Assembly (NCBI GenBank): GCA_964528275.1
Contig: CAZGSB010000001.1
Coordinates: 123,901 to 155,900 of the forward strand
Reading direction: 5' to 3'
Origin: an uncultured Anaerolinea sp.
Lineage (GTDB): Bacteria; Chloroflexota; Anaerolineae; Anaerolineales; Villigracilaceae
DNA: 32,000 nt
Made by a program: the position numbers and the translations under genes. Below are positions 24,263 through 32,000 of the stretch, piece by piece. Under the pieces are notes generated by a model. The model did no database searches. It was not told the DNA's origin and saw only the letters and a list, made by a program, of their open reading frames with translations. Each line of letters begins with the position of its first letter. Positions within the stretch are counted from its first letter, which is position 1.

Positions 24263-25402
24263 TTATGGGATTGGGGTCGTTTCAAGTGGGATTTGCGGGG
24301 CAATAATCAAAGGGTAGCCTCCTCTTTCATTTAGGTCTCGCAAGGTTTTTTGCCGCAAAGGTGTGTATTGGACATCTAGAGTGCTTTCCGCATACTGTAA
24401 ATACAATATGCCGTTTTGGACATCACCATCGTCAAACGCCATTTTCGCTTTTACATACCAATATACCCCATTACCATACCAAGAATAATTATCCCCTGTT
24501 GCAAGATCCTGAAGAGCTAATTCTTTCTCGCCGATTTCGTAAAAGATTGCCGCCCGAATGAAATAGCGCCATCCCCCGCCTTGTGGATTTGAATTTATCA
24601 TACGATTCAGTATATCAAGGGATTTGTCATACTCTTCCATCTGATAATAGATCTCCGCCATCAAACCCGACTTACACGTTAGCACCGGATCATCGCATTG
24701 AATCTGTTGGGCGATTTCAAGAGCTAATTCCAGATTGCCAAGACAAATGTTAGCTTCGGTCAGATAAATATAATACGTGCTCATGATGGAATCTTGCGGG
24801 TTCGTTTGGTTTACCAAGGTTTGTGTTTCAGCCAACCCTTCCTCACAGTGATTGGATTCGATTAAATTGCGGGCATGGTGTCGGTAGACATAGGAATATT
24901 CGGGACTGACGCCAAGTTCTATTGCTTTTTCGGCATTATCATTTGCGAGTTCATAGAGGGCAAATTTACTAGCCGAGTCGGTTGGCAATTCTGCCAAAGC
25001 ACGAAGAACAAGATTCCTGTTTACATAATTATCTCCGTTTTCAGGTTGAAGTTCTATCATTTTGTCGATATCAAGCAACGAATTGACGTAATAACTCTGT
25101 TGTTGCAAATAATCATTTGACCGGCTGTTGCCATAAGCGGTTGATCGGAGGCGATAAGCTTCCAAGCTAGTTGGAGCGCTAGCAACAACTTCGTTCAACA
25201 CTAGAATGGCATCATTGAACCTGCCCTGATTAATCATATCTTGCGCGTCGGCAAGTTGCTGACTGATTTTGGCTTCCTTTTGGTTGCGAAAGTATGAAGT
25301 TGCCAAGGGTACCAGAATTAGGATGAGAAGTATAAACATGGCAAGCGATGCCTTGTTTAATTTTCTCGACTGAGGTGTGCTCGATTTGTTCTGCTCTTCC
25401 AT
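24263..25402 (-). CDS. Membrane-anchored tetratricopeptide-repeat protein
   Basis: N-terminal TM ASLAMFILLILILVPLATSYF, followed by multiple TPR-like A/Y/L-patterned helices. SD AAGGA lies upstream. Low G+C. Confidence 0.75.
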   Translation of the reverse strand: MEEQNKSSTPQSRKLNKASLAMFILLILILVPLATSYFRNQKEAKISQQLADAQDMINQGRFNDAILVLNEVVASAPTSLEAYRLRSTAYGNSRSNDYLQQQSYYVNSLLDIDKMIELQPENGDNYVNRNLVLRALAELPTDSASKFALYELANDNAEKAIELGVSPEYSYVYRHHARNLIESNHCEEGLAETQTLVNQTNPQDSIMSTYYIYLTEANICLGNLELALEIAQQIQCDDPVLTCKSGLMAEIYYQMEEYDKSLDILNRMINSNPQGGGWRYFIRAAIFYEIGEKELALQDLATGDNYSWYGNGVYWYVKAKMAFDDGDVQNGILYLQYAESTLDVQYTPLRQKTLRDLNERGGYPLIIAPQIPLETTPIP

Positions 25403-25442
25403 GTGTTTTTTCCTTGGTGAAAATTAATGATTGCTTGAAGGT

Positions 25443-26771
25443 TCACGTCACCATCAACTTTTGCGTCGGATATTTCTCATGGCGTTTCTCATCCATCACT
25501 CGGCGGAGCCGGTCGAAGCCTTCGCGGAGGTCGGTGAAGGAGAGATATAACGGCGCGAAGCCGAGACGGAGGTTATCCGGTGCGCGGAAGTCGGGGATGA
25601 CGTTCATCTCTTCGATGAGGGCGCGGTTGATGCGGTAGCCTTCGGGGTGGCGGATGGAGATGTGCGAGCCACGTATGGATGAGTCACGCGGGGAGCCGAG
25701 GGTAAAGCCGAAAGGGGCGAGCCAACTGTCCGTCAGGTAGGAAGCGTAGTCCGTCATCAAAATGGATTTGGCGCGGATGGCGTCCATGCCCGCTTGCAAA
25801 GTCGGTTCGAGGGCGGCTTCCATCGTGAGTAGCGAGATCATCGGTTGTGTGCCGACAAGGAATCTTTGCGCGCCGGGCGCGGGTTCATAGTCGAGACCGA
25901 AGTCGAAGGGTCTGTTTTGCCCCCACCAGCCCCAGACGGGCGAGGATAATTTTTCTTGAATTTTTTTGTTGACGTAGAGGAACGCGGGCGCGCCGGGACC
26001 GCCGTTGAGGTATTTGTACGTGCATCCGATGGCGAGGTCGGCGTTGCATGCGTCGAGATGGACGGGGATTGAACCGACGGAGTGAGATAAATCCCAGAGT
26101 ACGAGCGCGCCTTTGCTGTGCGCGAGTTCGGTGATGAGTTGCATGTCATAGATGTAGCCACTTTTGAAAACAACATGTGAGAATGTGACGAGGGCGGTGT
26201 CTTCGTTGATGGCGGATTCGAGGGCGGCGAGGTCGGGGGTGAGGTCGTTGTCGAGGGAGGGGATGCGGAGGATTTCGTGGTCTCGATACGACGGCGGAAG
26301 AACGCCGCCGTCTACTCGACCACCAGATGAAAGTAAATTTTGTATGCCTTGAAGAATATAGAGATCGGATGGGAAGTTGAACGTGTCGGTGATGATGCGT
26401 TTGCGATTTGGTTGCAGGGTGAGCGCGGCGGCGGCGAGTTTGAAGAGGTTGATGGATACCGTGTCGGTGACGAGGGTCTGCCCGGGCGCGGCGCCGATGA
26501 GCGTGCCGATCTTGTCGCCGACGCGCGACGGCGCGTCCCACCAGCCTTTGTTCCAGCCGCGGATTAAATCTTTGCCCCATTGTTCATCCACGATCTGGCG
26601 TGATCTTTCCTGCGCGACTTTCGGCATCATGCCGAGCGAGTTGCCGTCGAAGTAGATCAGGTTGGGGTCGGCGAGGACGAATTGCTCGCGGTATGAGGCG
26701 AGAGGGTCTTGGGAATCGAGTTGCTGGGCGAAGGAGAGGGCGGTGTTAAATGTTGTCATGATTTTAGCCAC
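25443..26771 (-). CDS. kynU: Kynureninase
   Basis: Collinear with bacterial kynureninases: DPLASYREQF..IYFDGNSLG, TDTFNFPSDLY, WDLSHSVG, PLP-Lys motif GCTYKYLNGGPGAPAF, RFGFAPLY. The track start is GTG 26771; the alternative ATG is at 26759. Confidence 0.9.
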   Translation of the reverse strand: MAKIMTTFNTALSFAQQLDSQDPLASYREQFVLADPNLIYFDGNSLGMMPKVAQERSRQIVDEQWGKDLIRGWNKGWWDAPSRVGDKIGTLIGAAPGQTLVTDTVSINLFKLAAAALTLQPNRKRIITDTFNFPSDLYILQGIQNLLSSGGRVDGGVLPPSYRDHEILRIPSLDNDLTPDLAALESAINEDTALVTFSHVVFKSGYIYDMQLITELAHSKGALVLWDLSHSVGSIPVHLDACNADLAIGCTYKYLNGGPGAPAFLYVNKKIQEKLSSPVWGWWGQNRPFDFGLDYEPAPGAQRFLVGTQPMISLLTMEAALEPTLQAGMDAIRAKSILMTDYASYLTDSWLAPFGFTLGSPRDSSIRGSHISIRHPEGYRINRALIEEMNVIPDFRAPDNLRLGFAPLYLSFTDLREGFDRLRRVMDEKRHEKYPTQKLMVT

Positions 26772-26777
26772 TGATTA

Positions 26778-26795
26778 CACGGATTGTCACGGATT
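26778..26795. repeat. Tandem CACGGATT-GT-CACGGATT, the left inverted-repeat arm flanking the GxxExxY gene
   Basis: Read directly. Its reverse complement recurs at 27211-27227. Confidence 0.85.
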
Positions 26796-26807
26796 TTTTA
26801 AATAGGT

Positions 26808-27179
26808 TTACTTGATGACTCTGCGGTGTTCGAGCGAGCCTGTGCCGAAATTGAGCAGGAGGGCGAGGCGGAGACCTGTAGCAGAAAGATAATGCATGGC
26901 TTGAGCCTGATGGCTGGCGTTGAGCTTGGAAATAGCTTTTATCTCAACAACAAATTTTCCGTCAACAACGAGATCCGCCTCATAAATGCCGATTTCAACA
27001 TCCTTGTATCTTACCGGTAATTTTACTTTGCGCTCAAATAGAATTCCGCGCAGTGCTAATTCTCTTTCCAGCGCGGCTTGGTACACGGCTTCGAGAAAAC
27101 CAGACCCAAGAATTTTGTGAACTTCCATTGCAGCGCCAATCACGGCGAACGTCAACTCTTTGTAAATCAGTTCCACCAA
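26808..27179 (-). CDS. GxxExxY family protein
   Basis: LIYKELTFAVIGAAMEVHKILGSGFLEAVYQAAL (GxxExxY = GFLEAVY), ADLVVDGKFVVEIKA, LLLNFG. GGAGG lies upstream. The start is TTG 27179 or GTG 27176. Confidence 0.85.
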   Translation of the reverse strand: MVELIYKELTFAVIGAAMEVHKILGSGFLEAVYQAALERELALRGILFERKVKLPVRYKDVEIGIYEADLVVDGKFVVEIKAISKLNASHQAQAMHYLSATGLRLALLLNFGTGSLEHRRVIK

Positions 27180-27210
27180 AGAGCCTCCAAAAATTAAACC
27201 AATCTGTGCT

Positions 27211-27227
27211 AATCCGTGAAATCCGTG
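27211..27227. repeat. AATCCGTG-A-AATCCGTG, the right inverted-repeat arm flanking the GxxExxY gene
   Basis: The reverse complement CACGGATT-T-CACGGATT matches 26778-26795 except for the 1-2 nt linker. Confidence 0.85.
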
Positions 27228-27228
27228 G

Positions 27229-28836
27229 CTAGGGTTTTCGTTCTATCTTGCTCATCGCATATTCGGCGAGCGCGGTGATGGTGAGAGAGGGGTTGACGCC
27301 GGGGTTGGCAGGCATGACGGAGCCGTCCACGACGTAGAGGCTGGGGTAGTTGAAGACTTCAAAATTCAAATCAATCACGCCGTCTTCTGCGCTTTTTCCG
27401 AACGGCACGCCGCCCATGAGGTGCGCGGTGGTGGGGAAGTTGAACAAGCTGTCGGTGAACGCGGCGGCGGGGATGCCGTCCATTTTTTCGGCGAAGGCGC
27501 GGGTGATGTCGTTGGCGAGCGCGAGGCTGTCGGCGCTGTGTTCCTTTTCATTGCGGATGACCAGTCCCTGCCTGCCAAAGGTGAAGAAACTTCGACCCAA
27601 GCGGATGCGCGTGAGGTTTTCCTCGGTCTGCATGACGAGCAGGATCGTACTGTAGCGCGCCCAATGCGCAAAAAATTTCGAGTAGAAAAAATCCCACAGG
27701 TTGCGGAGGATCGCCCCGAACGTTTTGACGAACCGCATGGGGACGCTGTGCGCGCCTTCGATCAGCGGCGCAGTCATGATGCGGATGAAGTTCTGCCCAT
27801 CCGCATAGCGGACGGGTTCGACGCGTGTCACCTCGTCGGCGCTGAAGATGGAAGTGATGGCGATGCCCTTGGAATAATCCACGTCTCGTTGGCGGGCGGT
27901 GACGCCGAGGATGTTCTCGCTGTTGGTGCGCACGCGATTGCCGAGTTGCGCTGAAATTTTATTCAGCGATTTGGTTTTGTCGCGGCAGCGGAATAAAAGT
28001 TCGAGCGTGCCGAGCGTCCCTGCCGAGACGATGACGTTGCGGGCGCGTACGCTTCGTTGAGGCTTGTAGAGGAACGAGGTGGAGGAGGAGAAAACGATCT
28101 CATACCGCGCGCCAGCCTCCCCGTCGGGATGAAGCGGTTTGATATCCCGCGCTTTAACTTCGGGGATGACCGTCGCCCCGTACTTTTCCGCGAAGTACAG
28201 ATAATTTTTCATCAACGTATTTTTTGCGCCGAAGCGACAGCCGACCATGCACCCGCCGCAGAAATTACAGCCCGTGCGCTCGGGTCCTTCGCCGTGGAAA
28301 TATGGATCGGCGACTTTGACATTTTCCTCCCCGAAGAAAACGCCGACCGGAAGCGGCTGGAAGGTATGACCATAGCCCAGCGCCTCGGCGATCTCTTTGG
28401 AAATTTCATCGGGACGGAAGAGGCGCGGGTTGCGCGTGACGCCGAGCATTTTGCGCGCCGTGATGTAATGCGGCTGGAGTTCGGTCTTCCAATCGTTGAG
28501 GTCACTCCACGACGGCGCGGCGAAGAGGCGGTCATCAGGCTCGATGAGCACGTTGCCGTAGGTGAGACTCCCGCCGCCCACGCCGCTCCCGTGCAGGGCG
28601 AGCAGTCCGTTCATGAAGGTCATTTCGAAGAAGCCGTGAAAACGCAGGGCGGGGAGCCAGAGATATTTGCGGAGATTCCAATTGGTTTTGGGAAAATCCT
28701 TATCTTCGAATCGCTTGCCGCGTTCGAGCACGAGCACGGAGTAGCCTTTTTCAGCGAGCCGCATGGCAGAGACGGAGCCGCCGAAGCCCGAACCGATGAT
28801 GACATAGTCGTACACATTTTGGAGTGGGGAGATCAT
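27229..28836 (-). CDS. GMC-family FAD oxidoreductase (cholesterol-oxidase-like)
   Basis: YDYVIIGSGFGGSVSAMRLAEKGYSVLVLERG (GxGxxG-E). C-terminal LYVVDGSVMPANPGVNPSLTITALAE. Confidence 0.85.
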   Translation of the reverse strand: MISPLQNVYDYVIIGSGFGGSVSAMRLAEKGYSVLVLERGKRFEDKDFPKTNWNLRKYLWLPALRFHGFFEMTFMNGLLALHGSGVGGGSLTYGNVLIEPDDRLFAAPSWSDLNDWKTELQPHYITARKMLGVTRNPRLFRPDEISKEIAEALGYGHTFQPLPVGVFFGEENVKVADPYFHGEGPERTGCNFCGGCMVGCRFGAKNTLMKNYLYFAEKYGATVIPEVKARDIKPLHPDGEAGARYEIVFSSSTSFLYKPQRSVRARNVIVSAGTLGTLELLFRCRDKTKSLNKISAQLGNRVRTNSENILGVTARQRDVDYSKGIAITSIFSADEVTRVEPVRYADGQNFIRIMTAPLIEGAHSVPMRFVKTFGAILRNLWDFFYSKFFAHWARYSTILLVMQTEENLTRIRLGRSFFTFGRQGLVIRNEKEHSADSLALANDITRAFAEKMDGIPAAAFTDSLFNFPTTAHLMGGVPFGKSAEDGVIDLNFEVFNYPSLYVVDGSVMPANPGVNPSLTITALAEYAMSKIERKP

Positions 28837-28843
28837 GCGCTCG

Positions 28844-28852
28844 ATTATATCA
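28844..28852 (-). promoter_or_regulatory. Extended -10 box TGATATAAT, 7 nt upstream of the GMC ATG 28836 (leaderless)
   Basis: Minus-strand TGATATAAT = plus 28844-28852. No SD is present. No good -35 was found. Confidence 0.45.
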
Positions 28853-28874
28853 ACGCTGATGAACTCGCTGGTTG

Positions 28875-28880
28875 TATAAT
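28875..28880 (+). promoter_or_regulatory. -10 box TATAAT, 7 nt upstream of the DUF2721 ATG 28888 (leaderless)
   Basis: TATAAT at 28875-28880. No SD is present. No good -35 was found. Confidence 0.45.
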
Positions 28881-28887
28881 CCTCATC

Positions 28888-29292
28888 ATGGAATTCAACC
28901 TGACCACCCCCGCGCTGTTATTCCCGACCATCTCGCTGTTGATGCTGGCGTACACCAACCGCTTTTTGACGCTTGCCACGATCGTCCGCAATTTGTACGA
29001 CCGCTATAAATCGAACCACGACGAGAGTCTGCTCGGTCAGATCGACAACCTGCGGTACCGGGTGTATCTGATCCGCAACATGCAGATCTTCGGCGTGCTC
29101 AGCCTGTTGTTCTGCGTCGTGAGCATGTTCGCCCTGTTCGCAGGCTGGATTTTCACCGGGCAATGGAGTTTCGCGATTGCGCTCGTGTTGATGATCGTCT
29201 CGCTGGGCATTTCCCTGCGGGAGTTGCAAATCTCCGTCGGCGCGCTGGACTTGTTGTTGACGGATTTGGAAGAGCAGGAGAAAGGAGATTGA
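28888..29292 (+). CDS. DUF2721-family membrane protein
   Basis: MEFNLTTPALLFPTISLLMLAYTNRFLTLATIVRNL...IRNMQIFGV matches the DUF2721 pattern. The track ORF 28057..29292 upstream of 28888 is antisense to the GMC gene. Confidence 0.8.
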   Translation: MEFNLTTPALLFPTISLLMLAYTNRFLTLATIVRNLYDRYKSNHDESLLGQIDNLRYRVYLIRNMQIFGVLSLLFCVVSMFALFAGWIFTGQWSFAIALVLMIVSLGISLRELQISVGALDLLLTDLEEQEKGD

Positions 29293-29295
29293 AGC

Positions 29296-29685
29296 ATGAA
29301 AACCAAAAAGCCTTTTCCCGACACGGTTCTCGAAAGCATCCACAAGGAAAGGATTCTCGGCATCCGCGCGGGGACGGACTCGCCGCATCGCGTCATCGGC
29401 GTTTGGGCTGTCGTCGTGGATAGACGCGTCTTCGTCCGTTCGTATCAACTGAAGCCGGGCGGCTGGTGGCAGACGTTGGTCAAAGACCCGTATGGCGAAA
29501 TCTTTGTTGCGCGGCGCAAACGCGGAATTAAAATCCGCGCGGTGCCGGTGAAAAGTGAAAAGATGAAGGAAGCGGTCAGCGCGGCGTATCGTGAGAAGTA
29601 CAATACACCGGGATCGGTTGGCTATGTGGCGGAGATGTCGCGCAGTCCGTCGAAGGATGCGACGCTGGAGTTGGTGGCAATATAA
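29296..29685 (+). CDS. DUF2255-like small protein
   Basis: VIGVWAVVVDRRVFVRSYQLKPGGWW...VSAAYREKYNTPGSVGYVAEM...ATLELV resembles the DUF2255 layout. SD AAAGGAG lies 8 nt upstream. Confidence 0.55.
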   Translation: MKTKKPFPDTVLESIHKERILGIRAGTDSPHRVIGVWAVVVDRRVFVRSYQLKPGGWWQTLVKDPYGEIFVARRKRGIKIRAVPVKSEKMKEAVSAAYREKYNTPGSVGYVAEMSRSPSKDATLELVAI

Positions 29686-29714
29686 AAAACCGCAGGTGAT
29701 CAGTCTGCGGTTTT
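29686..29714. terminator. Bidirectional intrinsic terminator between convergent genes
   Basis: AAAACCGCAG (29686-29695) pairs with CTGCGGTTTT (29705-29714), 9-nt loop. The A-run and T-run form part of the stem flanks. Confidence 0.75.
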
Positions 29715-29733
29715 GAATGGTCGAGCAGGTAAC

Positions 29734-30522
29734 CTACCGAGAAAATTCACAGTTCGAATACAGGGGGTAAGCATTGAACAGCACCCCGTCCGCGGATGGG
29801 ATGGAATCGCCTCCGGCAGAAATGAGTTCAGGCGATACCACGGTCACGAAATAGAAGTAATCCTCTTCAACGAAGATATATGTGAATTCGATCATATATC
29901 CGCCGTTATTTCCGGGTCCAAGGATAAGGGTGACCTCCAAAATATCGTCTTCCAAATATTCGACACTCTCCACCGATTTCAAGGAGGATGATCGGGCGGG
30001 TTGCAATAATTCCACGAAGATCCTGTTGAGACCTTCTTCCTTCGTCCCGGGTTCATCCAGGAGGGTTTTTACTTCGTCGGGCAAGTGTGAATAACTGAAA
30101 TACTCGACATAGTATTGATCCCCGGCTAAATTTTGCGCAAAGAACCCGCCGCCGTTCCAGCCGCTTTCAATGGGGTAGTCCGTGACCATGCTATACCCCA
30201 GAGTGGGTTCGAACATGAAAGTAAGCATCAGGTTGAGCCGGCACGAGAAGTTCCCCTCGGCTGACACGTACTCCACGCAATCGAAGGTTCCGCGCGTTAC
30301 ATCCACCTCCTGGCCTTCTCCACAAGAGGTAATCGGCGTAGGCGTAAAGGTCGGGGGTGGGGTGTTTGTCGGTTCGGGTGTTTGAGTCTGCGTTGCCGTT
30401 GGCGTGGGCTCGCCAGTCTGGGTTTGTGCCTGCGCCTCCGCGGCGGTCGCGGTGATCTGCTCTGCGGACGGCCCGCACGCAGTGATCAGAGTGGCAATCA
30501 GAATAAACGGTATGAGTTTCAT
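29734..30522 (-). CDS. Hypothetical lipoprotein with a Thr/Pro-rich linker
   Basis: MKLIPFILIATLITAC (lipobox ITAC). Linker TQTGEPTPTATQTQTPEPTNTPPPTFTPTP. SD AAGGAG lies 7 nt upstream. Confidence 0.7.
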   Translation of the reverse strand: MKLIPFILIATLITACGPSAEQITATAAEAQAQTQTGEPTPTATQTQTPEPTNTPPPTFTPTPITSCGEGQEVDVTRGTFDCVEYVSAEGNFSCRLNLMLTFMFEPTLGYSMVTDYPIESGWNGGGFFAQNLAGDQYYVEYFSYSHLPDEVKTLLDEPGTKEEGLNRIFVELLQPARSSSLKSVESVEYLEDDILEVTLILGPGNNGGYMIEFTYIFVEEDYFYFVTVVSPELISAGGDSIPSADGVLFNAYPLYSNCEFSR

Positions 30523-30721
30523 GGCAATCTCCTTATGTGTTTACCTCTCCTGCTCAGGAAAGGTCACCTTGAGAATGCCACTTTTGAACTGCCAAATCCA
30601 GATAAGCAACTGCCAAAAAATGCCAATCTGACAAAACACGATGTCCGCGCCCGCATTCACGCATGAGAATAAATCTACATGCTAAATTTACGACGCCGAC
30701 GAAATCAGCTGAACCGTAAGG

Positions 30722-32000
<1,279 letters not shown>

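Noticed and set aside
28057-28887. The 5' 277 codons of track ORF 28057..29292
   Set aside because: They are antisense to the GMC oxidoreductase. DUF2721 homology begins only at ATG 28888, which has its own -10 box.

Overview
This 32-kb window is a chromosomal core segment. G+C was about 55-65% in the lines I counted. Gene content, lipoprotein-rich secretome and many REP-like GC-rich hairpins suggest a Chloroflexota (Anaerolineae-like) bacterium; this is inference only. I support about 31 protein genes. Recognised housekeeping genes are birA, rho, lgt, recA, an RluA-family gene, a TrmH-family gene, kynU, tgt and the start of uppP. Envelope genes include two M23 peptidases, a PD40 beta-propeller lipoprotein, three other lipoproteins and a three-gene ABC-2 transporter. 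I saw no rRNA, tRNA, CRISPR array, transposase or integrase. The most unusual locus is the 5'-truncated giant surface protein at 1-5451. It has a beta-helix region, nine near-identical 104-aa Ig-like repeats, a Gly linker and an LPXTG-like VPATG motif. It ends in a complete sortase catalytic domain (His/Cys/Arg) with no membrane anchor, so enzyme and putative substrate sit in one polypeptide. Other observations: (1) seven genes have a TATAAT-like -10 box 6-7 nt upstream of the start codon and no Shine-Dalgarno, which suggests leaderless mRNAs, several in compact divergent pairs; (2) a ParB/Srx-fold protein is followed by a spacer made of tandem 8-mers and 7-mers that abuts an orphan 121-aa ORF; (3) a GxxExxY gene is flanked by inverted tandem CACGGATT repeats; (4) structured inverted-repeat elements lie inside the ABC operon and inside the 5' end of an M23 gene; (5) a TPR gene has strongly low G+C. 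No canonical defence or mobile system is evident. All product calls rest on motif recognition by eye and need HMM or BLAST confirmation.
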